Part shown: piece by piece, positions 44,276-54,806 of the stretch
How the letters are laid out: the number at the start of each line of letters is the position of its first letter
How positions within the stretch are numbered: the stretch's first letter is position 1
Assembly: GCA_964016885.1 (NCBI GenBank)
Contig: OZ024741.1
Coordinates: forward strand, 261,206,001 to 261,270,000
Source of the DNA: Eledone cirrhosa
Lineage: Eukaryota
Length of the DNA: 64,000 nucleotides
Direction of reading: 5' to 3'
The notes under the pieces: generated by a model
Told to the model about the DNA's origin: nothing
Database searches by the model: none
The model's input: the letters and a program-made list of their open reading frames with translations, nothing else
Made by a program: the position numbers and the translations under genes

Positions 44276-44352
44276 AAATAACAAATAGACGCGGTTTCAA
44301 ATCTCTATGATTTTCAAATTCATTACATTAATCTTTATTTATACGTTTCGCT
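44276..44352 (+). repeat. 77-bp linker, copy 10 (haplotype B)
   Basis: Direct match to copy 6. Confidence 0.97.
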
Positions 44353-47300
44353 TTACGAGTGTTTCGACATACGAGTGTTTCGACTTCCGAATGTTTTTGC
44401 TTACGGGTGTTTCGACTTACGAATGTTTCGGCTTAGGAGTGTTTCGGCTTACGAGTGTTCCGACTTAGGATTGTTTCGGCTTACGAGTGTTTCCGGCTTA
44501 CGAGTGTTTCGACTTACGAGTGTTTCGACTTTCGAGTGTTTTGACTTACGGTGTTTCGGCTTACGAGTGATTCGACTTACGAGTGTTTTGACTTACGGGT
44601 GTTCCGACTTAAGAGTGTTTCGGTTTACGAGTGTTTCGACATACGAGTGTTTTGACTTACGGGTGTTTCGACTTACGGGTGTTTCGACTTACGAGTGTTT
44701 CGGCTTACGAGAGTTTCGACTTACTAATGTTTTTACTTACGAGTGTTTCGGTGTACGAATGTTTTGACTTAAGGATGTTTCGACTTACGAGTGTTTTGAC
44801 TTACGGTGTTTCGGCTTACGAGTGATTCGACTTACGAGTGTTTTGACTTACGGGTGTTTTGACTTACGGGTGTTGTGAATTACCAGTGTTCCGATTTACG
44901 AGTGTTTTGACTTACGGTGTTTCGGCTTGCGAGTGTTTCGACTTACGAGTGTTTCGACTTACGAGTGTTTTGACTTACGAATGTTTTGACTTACGGGTGT
45001 TTCGGCTTACGGGTGTTTCGACTTACGAGTGTTTCGACTTACGAGTGTTCTGACTTACGAGTGTTCTGACTTACGAGTGTTCTGACTTACGAGTGTTCCG
45101 ACTTACGAGTGTTTCGGTTTACGAGTGTTTCGACATACGAGTGTTTTGACTTACGGGTGTTTCGACTTACGGGTGTTTCGACTTACGAGTGTTTCGGCTT
45201 ACGAGAGTTTCGACTTACTAATGTTTTTACTTACGAGTGTTTCGGTGTACGAATGTTTTGACTTAAGGATGTTTCGACTTACGAGTGTTTCGACTTACGA
45301 GTGTTTCGGCTTACGTGAGTTTCGACTTAAGAGTGTTCTGATTTACGAGTGTTCTGACTTGCGGGTGTTCTGATTTACGAGTGTTCTGACTTACGAGTGT
45401 TTCGGCTTATCAGTGTTTCGACTTACGAGTGTTTCGGCTTACGAGTGTTTCGACTTATGGGTGTTTCGACTTACGAGTGTTTTTACTTACAGTGTTTCAA
45501 CATACGAGTGTTTTGACTTACGGGTGTTTCGGCTTACGAGTGGTTCGACTTACGAGTGTTTCGGCTTACGAGTGTTTCGATTACTAATGTTTTTACTTAC
45601 GAGTGTTGCGGCGTACGAGAGTTTTGACTTACGAGTGTTTCGACTTACGAGTGTTTTGACTTACAAATGTTTTGACTTACGGGTGTTTCGGCTTATGAGT
45701 GTTTCGACTTACGAGTCTTTCGGCTTACGAGTGTTTCGACTTACTAATGTTTTTACTTACGAGTGTTTCGGCGTACGAGTGTTTCGACTTACGAGTGTTT
45801 CGACTTACGGGTGTTTTGACTTACGGGTGTTTCGGCTTACGAGTGTTTCGACTTACGAATGTTTTGACTTAAGGGTGTTTCGACTTACGATTGTTTCGAC
45901 TTACGAGTGTTTCGGCTTACGAGTGTTTCGACTTATGGGTGTTTCGACTTACGAGTGTTTTTACTTACGGTGTTTCGGCTTACGAGTGTTTCGACATACG
46001 AGTGTTTTGACTTAAGGGTGTTTCGGCTTACGATTGTTTCGACTAACGAGTGTTTCGGTTTACGAGTGTTTCGGCTTATGAGTGTTTCGACTTACGAATG
46101 TTTCGGCTTACGAGTGTTTCGACTTATGGGTGTTTCGACTTAGGAGTGTTTTTACTTACGGTGTTTCGGCTTACGAGTGTTTCGACATACGAGTGTTTTG
46201 ACTTACGGGTGTTTCGGCTTACGAGTGTTTCGACTTACGAGTGTTTCGGCTTACGAGTGTTTCGACTTACTAATGTTTTTACTTACGAGTGTTTCGGCGT
46301 ACGAGAGTTTTGACTTACGAGTGTTTCGACTTACGAGTGTTTTGACTTACGAATGTTTTGACTTACGGGTGTTTCGGCTTATGAGTGTTTCGACTTACGA
46401 GTGTTTCGGCTTACGAGTGATTCGACTTACTAATGTTTTTACTTACGAGTGTTTCGGCGTACGAGTGTTTCGACTTACGAGTGTTTCGACTTACGGGTGT
46501 TTTGACTTACGGGTGTTTCGGCTTACGAGTGTTTCGACTTACGAGTGTTTTGATTACGAGTGTTCTGATTTCCGGATGTTTCGACATACGAGTGTTTCGA
46601 CTTACGAGTGTTTCGACTTATGAGTGTTTCGAGTTACGAGTGTTTCGGCTTACGAGTGTTTCGACTTACGAGTGTTTTGACTTACGGTGTTTCGGCTTAC
46701 GAGTGTTTTGACTTACGAGTGTTTTGACTTACGGGTGTTTTGACATACGAGTGTTTCGATACGAGTGTTCTGACTTACGAGTGTTCTGACTTACGAGTGT
46801 TTTGACTTACGAGTGTTCTGACTTACGAGTGTTCCGACTTACGAGTGTTCCGTCTTACGAGTGTTTCGGCTTACGAGTGTTTCCGGCTTACGAGTGTTTC
46901 GACTTCCGAGTGTTTTGACTTACGGTGTTTCGGCTTACGAGTGATTCGACTTACGAGTGTTTTGACTTACGGGTGATTTGACTTACGGGTGTTGTGAATT
47001 ACGAGTGTTCCGATTTACGAGTGTTTTGACTTACGGTGTTTCGGCTTACGAGTGATTCGACTTACGAATGATTTGACTTACGGGTGTTTCGGCTTGCGAG
47101 TGTTTCGACTTACGAGTGTTTCGGCTTATGGGTGTTTCGACTTACTAATGTTTTTACTTACGACTGTTTCGGCGGACGAGTGTTTTGACTTACGAGTGTT
47201 TCGACTTACGAGTGTTTCGACTTACGAGTGTTTCGGCTTACGTGAGTTTCGACTTAAGAGTGTTCTGATTTACGAGTGTTCTGACTTGCGGGTGTTCTGA

Positions 47301-50300
47301 TTTACGAGTGTTCCGACTTACGAGTGTTTCGGCTTATTAGTGTTTCGACTTACGAGTGTTTCGGCTTACGAGTGTTTCGACTTATGGGTGTTTCGACTTA
47401 CGAGTGTTTTTACTTATGGTGTTTCGGCTTACGAGTGTTTCGACATACGAGTGTTTTGACTTACGGGTGTTTCGACTTACGAGTGTTTTGACTTACGAAT
47501 GTTTTGACTTACGGGTGTTTCGGCTTACGAGTGTTTCGACTTACGAGTGTTTCGGCTTACGAGTGTTTCGACTTACTAATGTTCTTACGAGTGTTTCGGC
47601 GTACGAGAGTTTTGACTTACGAGTGTTTTGAATTACGAGTGTTTCGACTTACGAGTGTTTTGACTTACGAATGTTTTGACTTACGGGTGTTTCGGCCTAC
47701 GAGTGTTTCGACTTACGAGTCTTTCGGCTTACGAGTGTTTCGACTTACTAATGTTTTTACTTACGAGTGTTTCGGCGTACGAGTGTTTCGACTTACGAGT
47801 GTTTCGACTAACGGGTGTTTTGACTTACGGGTGTTTCGGCTTACGAGTGTTTTGACTTACGAGTGTTTTGACTTAAGGGTGTTTCGACTTACGAGTATTT
47901 TTGGCTTACGAGTGTTTCGACTTACGAGTGTTTTGACTTACGAGTGTTCTGATTTACGGATGTTTCGACATACGAGTGTTTCGACTTACGAGTATTTCGG
48001 CTTATGAGTGTTTCGACTTACGACTGTTTCGACTTACGAGTGTTTCGGCTTACGAGTGTTTCGACTTACGAGTGTTTTGACTTACGGGTGTTTTGACATA
48101 CGAGTGTTTCGATACGAGTGTTCTGACTTACGAGTGTTCTGACTTACGAGTGTTTTGACTCACGAGTGTTCCGACTTACGAGTGTTCCGACTTACGAGTG
48201 TTTCGGCTTACGAGTGTTTCCGGCTTACGAGTGTTTCGACTTACGAGTGTTTTGACTTACGTTGTTTCGGCTTACGATTGATTCGACTTACGAGTGTTTC
48301 GACTTACGAATGTTTCGGCTTACGAGTGTTTCGGCTTACGAGTGTTCCGACTTAGGAGTGTTTCGGCTTACGAGTGTTTCCGGCTTACGAGTGTTTCGAC
48401 TTACGACTGTTTCGACTTTCGAGTGTTTTGACTTACGGTGTTTCGGCTTACGAGTGATTCGACTTACGAGTGTTTTGACTTACGGGTGTTTTGACTTACG
48501 GGTGTTGTGAATTACCAGTGTTCCGATTTACGAGTGTTTTGACTTACGGTGTTTCGGCTTGCGAGTGTTTCGACTTACGAGTGTTTCGGCTTATGAGTGT
48601 TTCGACTTACTAATGTTTTTACTTACGAGTGTTTCGGCGTTCGAGTGTTTTGACTTACGAGTGTTTCGACTTACGAGTGTTTTGACTTACGAATGTTTTG
48701 ACTTACGGGTGTTTCGGCTTACGGGTGTTTCGACTTACGAGTGTTTCGACTTACGAGTGTTCTGAGTTACGAGTGTTCTGACTTACGAGTGTTCTGACTT
48801 ACGAGTGTTCCGACTTACGAGTGTTTCGGTTTACGAGTGTTTCGACATACGAGTGTTTTGACTTACGGGTGTTTCGACTTACGGGTGTTTCGACTTACGA
48901 GTGTTTCGGCTTACGAGAGTTTCGACTTACTAATGTTTTTACTTACGAGTGTTTCGGTGTACGAATGTTTTGACTTAAGGATGTTTCGACTTACGATTGT
49001 TTCGACTTACGAGTGTTTCGGCTTACGTGAGTTTCGACTTAAGAGTGTTCTGATTTACGAGTGTTCTGACTTGAGGGTGTTCTGATTTACGATTGTTCCG
49101 ACTTACGAGTGTTTCGGCTTATGAGTGTTTCGACTTACGAGTGTTTCGGCTTACGAGTGTTTCGACTTATGGGTGTTTCGACTTACGAGTGTTTTTACTT
49201 ACGGTGTTTCGGCTTACGAGTGTTTCGACATACGAGTGTTTTGACTTACGGGTGTTTCGGCTTACGAGTGTTTCGACTTACTAATGTTTTTACTTACGAG
49301 TGTTTCGACTGTCGAGTGTTTTGACTTACGGTGTTTCGGCTTACGAGTGATTCGACTTACGAGTGTATTGACTTACGGGTGTTTTGACTTACGGGTGTTG
49401 TGAATTACCAGTGTTCCGATTTACGAGTGTTTTGACTTACGGTGTTTCGGCTTGCGAGTGTTTCGACTTACGAGTGTTTCGGCTTATGAGTGTTTCGACT
49501 TACTAATGTTTTTACTTACGAGTGTTTCGGCGTTCGAGTGTTTTGACTTACGAGTGTTTCGACTTACGAGTGTTTTGACTTACGAATGTTTTGACTTACG
49601 GGTGTTTCGGCTTACGGGTGTTTCGACTTACGAGTGTTTCGACTTACGAGTGTTCTGAGTTACGAGTGTTCTGACTTACGAGTGTTCTGACTTACGAGTG
49701 TTTCGGTTTACGAGTGTTTCGACATACGAGTGTTTTGACTTACGGGTGTTTCGACTTACGGGTGTTTAGACTTACGAGTGTTTCGGCTTACGAGAGTTTC
49801 GACTTACTAATGTTTTTACTTACGAGTGTTTCGGTGTACGAATGTTTTGACTTAAGGATGTTTCGACTTACGATTGTTTCGAATTACGAGTGTTTCGGCT
49901 TACGTGAGTTTCGACTTAAGAGTGTTCTGATTTACGAGTGTTCTGACTTGCGGGTGTTCTGATTTACGAGTGTTTTTACTTACGGTGTTTCGGCTTACGA
50001 GTGTTTCGACATACGAGTGTTTTGACTTACGGGTGTTTCGGCTTACGAGTGTTTCGACTTACGAGTGTTTCGGCTTACGAGTGTTTCGACTTACTAATGT
50101 TTTTACTTACGAGTGTTTCGGCGTACGAGAGTTTTGACTTACGAGTGTTTCGACTTACGAGTGTTTTGACTTACGAATGTTTTGACTTACGGGTGTTTCG
50201 GCTTATGAGTGTTTCGACTTACGAGTCTTTCGGCTTACGAGTGTTTCGACTTACTAATGTTTTTACTTACGAGTGTTTCGGCGTACGAGTGTTTCGACTT

Positions 50301-53300
50301 ACGAGTGTTTCGACTTACGGGTGTTTTGACTTACGGGTGTTTCGGCTTACGAGTGTTTCGAATTACGAGTGTTTTGACTTAAGGGTGTTTCGACTTACGA
50401 GTATTTTTGGCTTACGAGTGTTTCGACTTACGAGTGTTTCGACATACGAGTGTTTCGGCTTACGATTGTTTCGACTTACGAGTGTTTCGGTTTACGAGTG
50501 TTTCGACTTACGGGTGTTTTGACATACGATTGTTTGGGCTTACGAATGTTTCGACTTACGAGTGTTTCGACTTACGAGTGTGTTGACTTATGGTGTTTCG
50601 GCTTACGAGTGTTTTGACTTACGAGTGTTTTGACTTACCGGTGTTTTGACATACGATTGTTTCGATACGAGTGTTCTGACTTACGAGTGTTCTGACTTAC
50701 GAGTGGTCTGACTTACGGGTGTTCTGACTTACGAGTGTTCCGACTTACGAGTGTTTCGACTTACGAATGTTTTGGCTTACGAGTGTTTCGGCTTACGAGT
50801 GTTTCGGCTTATGAGTGTTTCGACTTACGAGTGTTTTGACTTATGGTGTTTCGGCTTACGAGTGTTTCGACATACGAGTGTTTTGACTTACGGGTGTTTC
50901 GACTTACGGGTGTTTCGACGTAAGATTGCTCTAACCTACGAGTGTTCTGATTTACGAGTGTTCTGACTTACGAGTGTTCTGACTTACGGGTGTTCTGACT
51001 TACGTGTGTTCCGACTTACGAGTGTTTCGGTTATGGGTGTTTCGACTTACGAGTGTTTCGACTTACGAATGTTTTGGCTTACGAGTGTTTCGGCTTACGA
51101 ATGTTTCGACTTACGAATGTTTTGGCTTACGAGTGTTTCGGCTTACGGGTGTTTCGACTTACGAGTGTTTTGACTTACGAGTGTTTTGACTTACGGTGTT
51201 TCGGCTTACGATTTATTCGACATACGAGTGTTTCGACTTACGGGTGTTTCGACTTACGGGTGTTTCGACTTACGAGTGTTTCGACTTATGAGTGTTTCGA
51301 CTTACGAGTGTTCTGACTTACGAGTGTTCTGACTTACGAGTGTTCCGACTTACGAGTGTTTCGGTTTACGAGTGATTCGACATACGAGTGTTTTGACTTA
51401 CGAGTGTTTCGACTTACGGGTGTTTCGACTTACGAATGTTTCGGCTTACGAGTGTTTCGACTTACTAATGTTTTTACTTACGAGTATTTCGGTGTACGAG
51501 TGTTTCGACTTAAGGATGTTTCGACTTACGAGTGTTTCGACTTACGTGTGTTTCGGCTTACGTGAGTTTCGACTTAAGAGTGTTCTGATTTACGAGTGTT
51601 CTGACTTGCGGGTGTTCTGATTTACGAGTGTTCCGACTTACGAGTGTTTCGGCTTACGAGTGTTTCGACTTATGGGTGTTTCGACTTACGAGTGTTTTTA
51701 CTTATGGTGTTTCGGCTTACGAGTGTTTCGACATACGAGTGTTCAGACTTACGAGTGTTTCGACTTACGAGTGTTAAGACTTACGGGTGTTTTGACATAC
51801 GAGTGTTTCGATACGAGTGTTTCGACTTACGAGTGTTACGAGTGTTCTGACTTATGAGTGTTCTGACTTACGAGTGTTCTGACTTACGAGTGTTCTGACT
51901 TACGAGTGTTCTGACTTACGAGTGTTCTGACTTACGAGTGTTCCGACTTACGAGTGTTTCGGCTTACGAGTGTTTCGACTTACGAGTGTTGTGACTTACG
52001 AGTGTTCCGACTTACGAGTGTTTCGGCTTACAAGTGTTCCGACTTACGAGTGTTTCGACTTACGAGTGTTTTGACTTACGGTGTTTCTGCTTACGAGTGT
52101 TTCGACTTACGAGTGTTAAGACTTACGGGTGTTTTGACATACGAGTGTTTCGATACGAGTGTTTCGACTTACGAGTGTTACGAGTGTTCTGACTTACGAG
52201 TGTTTCGAATTACGAGTGTTCTGACCTACAAGTGTTCTGACTTACGAGTGTTTCGACTTACGATTGTTTTTTTCACTTACGGGTGTTTCGACTTACGCGT
52301 GTTTCGATTTACGAGTGTTTAGACTTACGAGTGTTTCGACTACGAATGTTCCGACTTACGAGTGTTTCGACTTACGAGTGTTTCGACTTGCGGGTGTTCC
52401 GACTTACGAGTGTTTCGGCTTACGATTGTTTCGACTTACATGTGTTTCGGTTTACGATTGTTTCGACTTACGGGTGTTTTGGCTTACGATTGTTTGGGCT
52501 TACGAATGTTTCGACTTACGAGTGTTTTGACTTATGGTGTTTCGGCTTACGATTGTTTTGACTTACGAGTGTTTTGACTTACGGGTGTTTTGACATACGA
52601 GTGTTTCGATACGAGTGTTCTGACTTACGAGTGTTCTGACTTACGAGTGGTCTGACTTACGGGTGTTCTGACTTACGAGTGTTCCGACTTACGAGTGTTT
52701 CAGCTTATGAGTGTTTCGACTTACGAGTGCTTCGGATTACGAGTGTTTCGACTTACGAGTGTTTCGGCTTACGAGTGTTTCGACTTACGAATGTTTTGGC
52801 TTACGAGTGTTTCGGCTTACGAGTGTTTCGGCTTATGAGTGTTTCGACTTACGAGTGTTTTGACTTATGGTGTTTCGGCTTACGAGTGTTTCGACATACG
52901 AGTGTTTTGACTTACGGGTGTTTCGACTTACGGGTGTTTCGACGTAAGAGTGTTTCGACTTACGAGCGCTTCGACTTACGAGTGTTTCGACTTACGAGTG
53001 TTTCGGCGTACGAGTGTTTTGACTTACGAGTGTTTCGACTTACGAGTGCTTTGACTTACGAATGTTTTGAATTACTTCGACTTACGAGTGATCTGACTTA
53101 CGAGTGTTCCTACTTACGAGTGTTTCGACTTACGAGTGTTTCGACTTGTGAGTGTTTCGACTTACGAGTGTTTCGACTTACGAGTGTTCTGAGTTACGAG
53201 TGTTCTGACTTACGAGTGTTCTGACTTACGAGTGTTCCGACTTACGAGTGTTTCGACTTACGAGTGTTTTGACTTACGAATGTTCTGACTTACGGGTGTT

Positions 53301-53343
53301 TCGTCTTACGAGTGTTTCGGCTTACGAGTGTTTCGACTTACGA

Positions 53344-53420
53344 AAATAACAAATAGACGCGGTTTCAAATATCTATGCTTTTCAAATTCATTACATTAAT
53401 CTTTATTTATACGTTTCGCT
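53344..53420 (+). repeat. 77-bp linker, copy 11 (haplotype A')
   Basis: Direct match to copy 4. Confidence 0.97.
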
Positions 53421-54028
53421 TTAGGAGTGTTTCGACGTACGAGTGTTTCGACTTACGAGTGTTTTAACTGACGGTTGTTTCGACTTACGCGTTTTTAGAC
53501 TACGAATGTTCCGACTTACGAGTGTTTCGACTTACGAGTGTTTCGACTTACGAGTGCTTTGACTTACGAATGTTTTGACTTACTTCGACTTACGAGTGAT
53601 CTGACTTACGAGTGTTCCTACTTACGAGTGTTTCGACTTACGAGTGTTTCGACTTGCGAGTGTTTCGGTGTTTCGGCTTACCTGTGTTTCGACTTACGAG
53701 TGTTTCGACTTACGAGTGTTTCGGCTTATGAGTGTTTCGACTTACGAGTGCTTCGGCTTACGAGTGTTTCGACTTACGAGTATTTCGGCTTACGAGTGTT
53801 TCGACGTACGAATGTTTTGGCTTACGAGTGTTTCGGCTTATGAGTGTTTCGACTTACGAGTGTTTCGACTTACGAGTGTTTCGGTTTACGAGTGTTTCGA
53901 TTTACGAGTGTTTCGGCTTACGATTGTTTCAGTGTTTCGGCTTACGTGTGTTTCGACTTACGAGTGTTTCGACTTACGACTGTTTCGGCTTACGAGTGTT
54001 TCGGCTTACGAGTGTTTCGGCTTATATA

Positions 54029-54107
54029 TAAACGTTTCTATTTCCATCGTTTTATCGTAAACGTTTATATATTTCCATCGTTATATCATAACGTTTATAT
54101 TTCCGTC
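54029..54107 (+). repeat. ~30-bp degenerate tandem repeat, ~2.6 copies
   Basis: TAAACGTTTCTATTTCCATCGTTTTATCG / TAAACGTTTATATATTTCCATCGTTATATCA / TAACGTTTATATTTCCGTC. Confidence 0.88.
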
Positions 54108-54284
54108 ACTAATCTCTTTTTCTCCTTTTCCGTTTTAATATATATTTATTTCAAAGATTTCACCGTATAGATAACATATATATTTATACATGCATAAAAG
54201 ACACACCGAGAGACGGTGAAAATGTGGTGCCAAAAACATTTCTCATCCAAATCTCAACAATATCAGTATATACACTAGATTTGC

Positions 54285-54319
54285 TAGCAGAAAACCGCCC
54301 ACCGGGTGGTTTTCTGCTA
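54285..54319. other. Inverted repeat / hairpin: 16-bp stem (one G-T pair), 3-nt loop
   Basis: TAGCAGAAAACC-GCCC-acc-GGGT-GGTTTTCTGCTA; the outer 12 bp are perfectly complementary. Confidence 0.95.
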
Positions 54320-54335
54320 TTCTATATATATAAAA

Positions 54336-54442
54336 CTGAGGATGTCTGTCTGTGTGTGAGTTTGAATCCCTAAAACTCGAGAACCACCCAACCGACTGTT
54401 TTCAAACTTTACACATGTAATAATTATGTTTCAGGGAGTGTT
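54336..54442 (+). repeat. ~110-bp diverged direct repeat, copy 1
   Basis: CTGAGGATGTCTGTCTGTGTGTGAGTTTGAATCCCTAAAA...TTATGTTTCAGGGAGTGTT; aligns with 54693-54806. Confidence 0.93.
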
Positions 54443-54461
54443 CTGAGCAAAGAATATTTCA

Positions 54462-54621
54462 AATTTTCAATGCCGTAGGGACCACATTAGGCGATTTAGC
54501 GATCTCTCTCTATAATTCTTAGTCTTTCTCTTTTTAGATAGAATTTTCAATGTCGTAGGGACCACATTAGGCGATTTAGCGATCTCTCTCTATAATTCTT
54601 AGTCTTTCTCTTTTTAGATAG
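54462..54621 (+). repeat. 80-bp tandem duplication (2 copies, 1 mismatch)
   Basis: AATTTTCAATG(C/T)CGTAGGGACCACATTAGGCGATTTAGCGATCTCTCTCTATAATTCTTAGTCTTTCTCTTTTTAGATAG at 54462 and 54542. Confidence 0.97.
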
Positions 54622-54692
54622 ATACATACATATGACGTCGTGCCCTTATAATATCTGTCTGTATGTCTGGCTGTCTGCATTACGTCACTTCC

Positions 54693-54806
54693 CTGGGGAT
54701 GTCTGTGTGTGTGTGTGTCTGTGAGTTTGAATCCCTAAAATGCGAGAAGTACCCAACCGATTTTTTCAAACTTTACATGTGTATTACTTATGTTTCAGGG
54801 AGTGTT
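54693..54806 (+). repeat. ~110-bp diverged direct repeat, copy 2 (expanded GT tract)
   Basis: CTGGGGATGTCTGTGTGTGTGTGTGTCTGTGAGTTTGAATCCCTAAAA...TTATGTTTCAGGGAGTGTT. Confidence 0.93.

Larger units (their letters stand above)
1..54024 (+). repeat. 16-bp satellite array, left block (consensus GACTTACGAGTGTTTC); continues off the window start
   Basis: Continuous head-to-tail copies of the 16-mer with recurrent variants (TTTTGAC, TTCTGAC, TTCCGAC, TTTCGGC, TTACGGG, TTATGAG, ACATACG) and occasional 8-17 bp length variants. No inverted monomers were seen. Interrupted only by 11 copies of the 77-bp linker. Confidence 0.99.

Noticed and set aside
54158-54221. 9-bp inverted repeat TTTCACCGT / ACGGTGAAA
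   Set aside because: It is short, separated by 46 bp, not extendable and has no TSD, so it is plausibly chance.
54285-54319. Rho-independent terminator or tRNA/ncRNA
   Set aside because: There is no upstream gene, no U-tract after the full stem and no cloverleaf; the context fits a eukaryotic transposon end better.
54336-54806. LTR pair of a mini-retroelement (TRIM)
   Set aside because: No TG..CA ends, PBS, PPT or TSD are recognisable around the 110-bp repeats.
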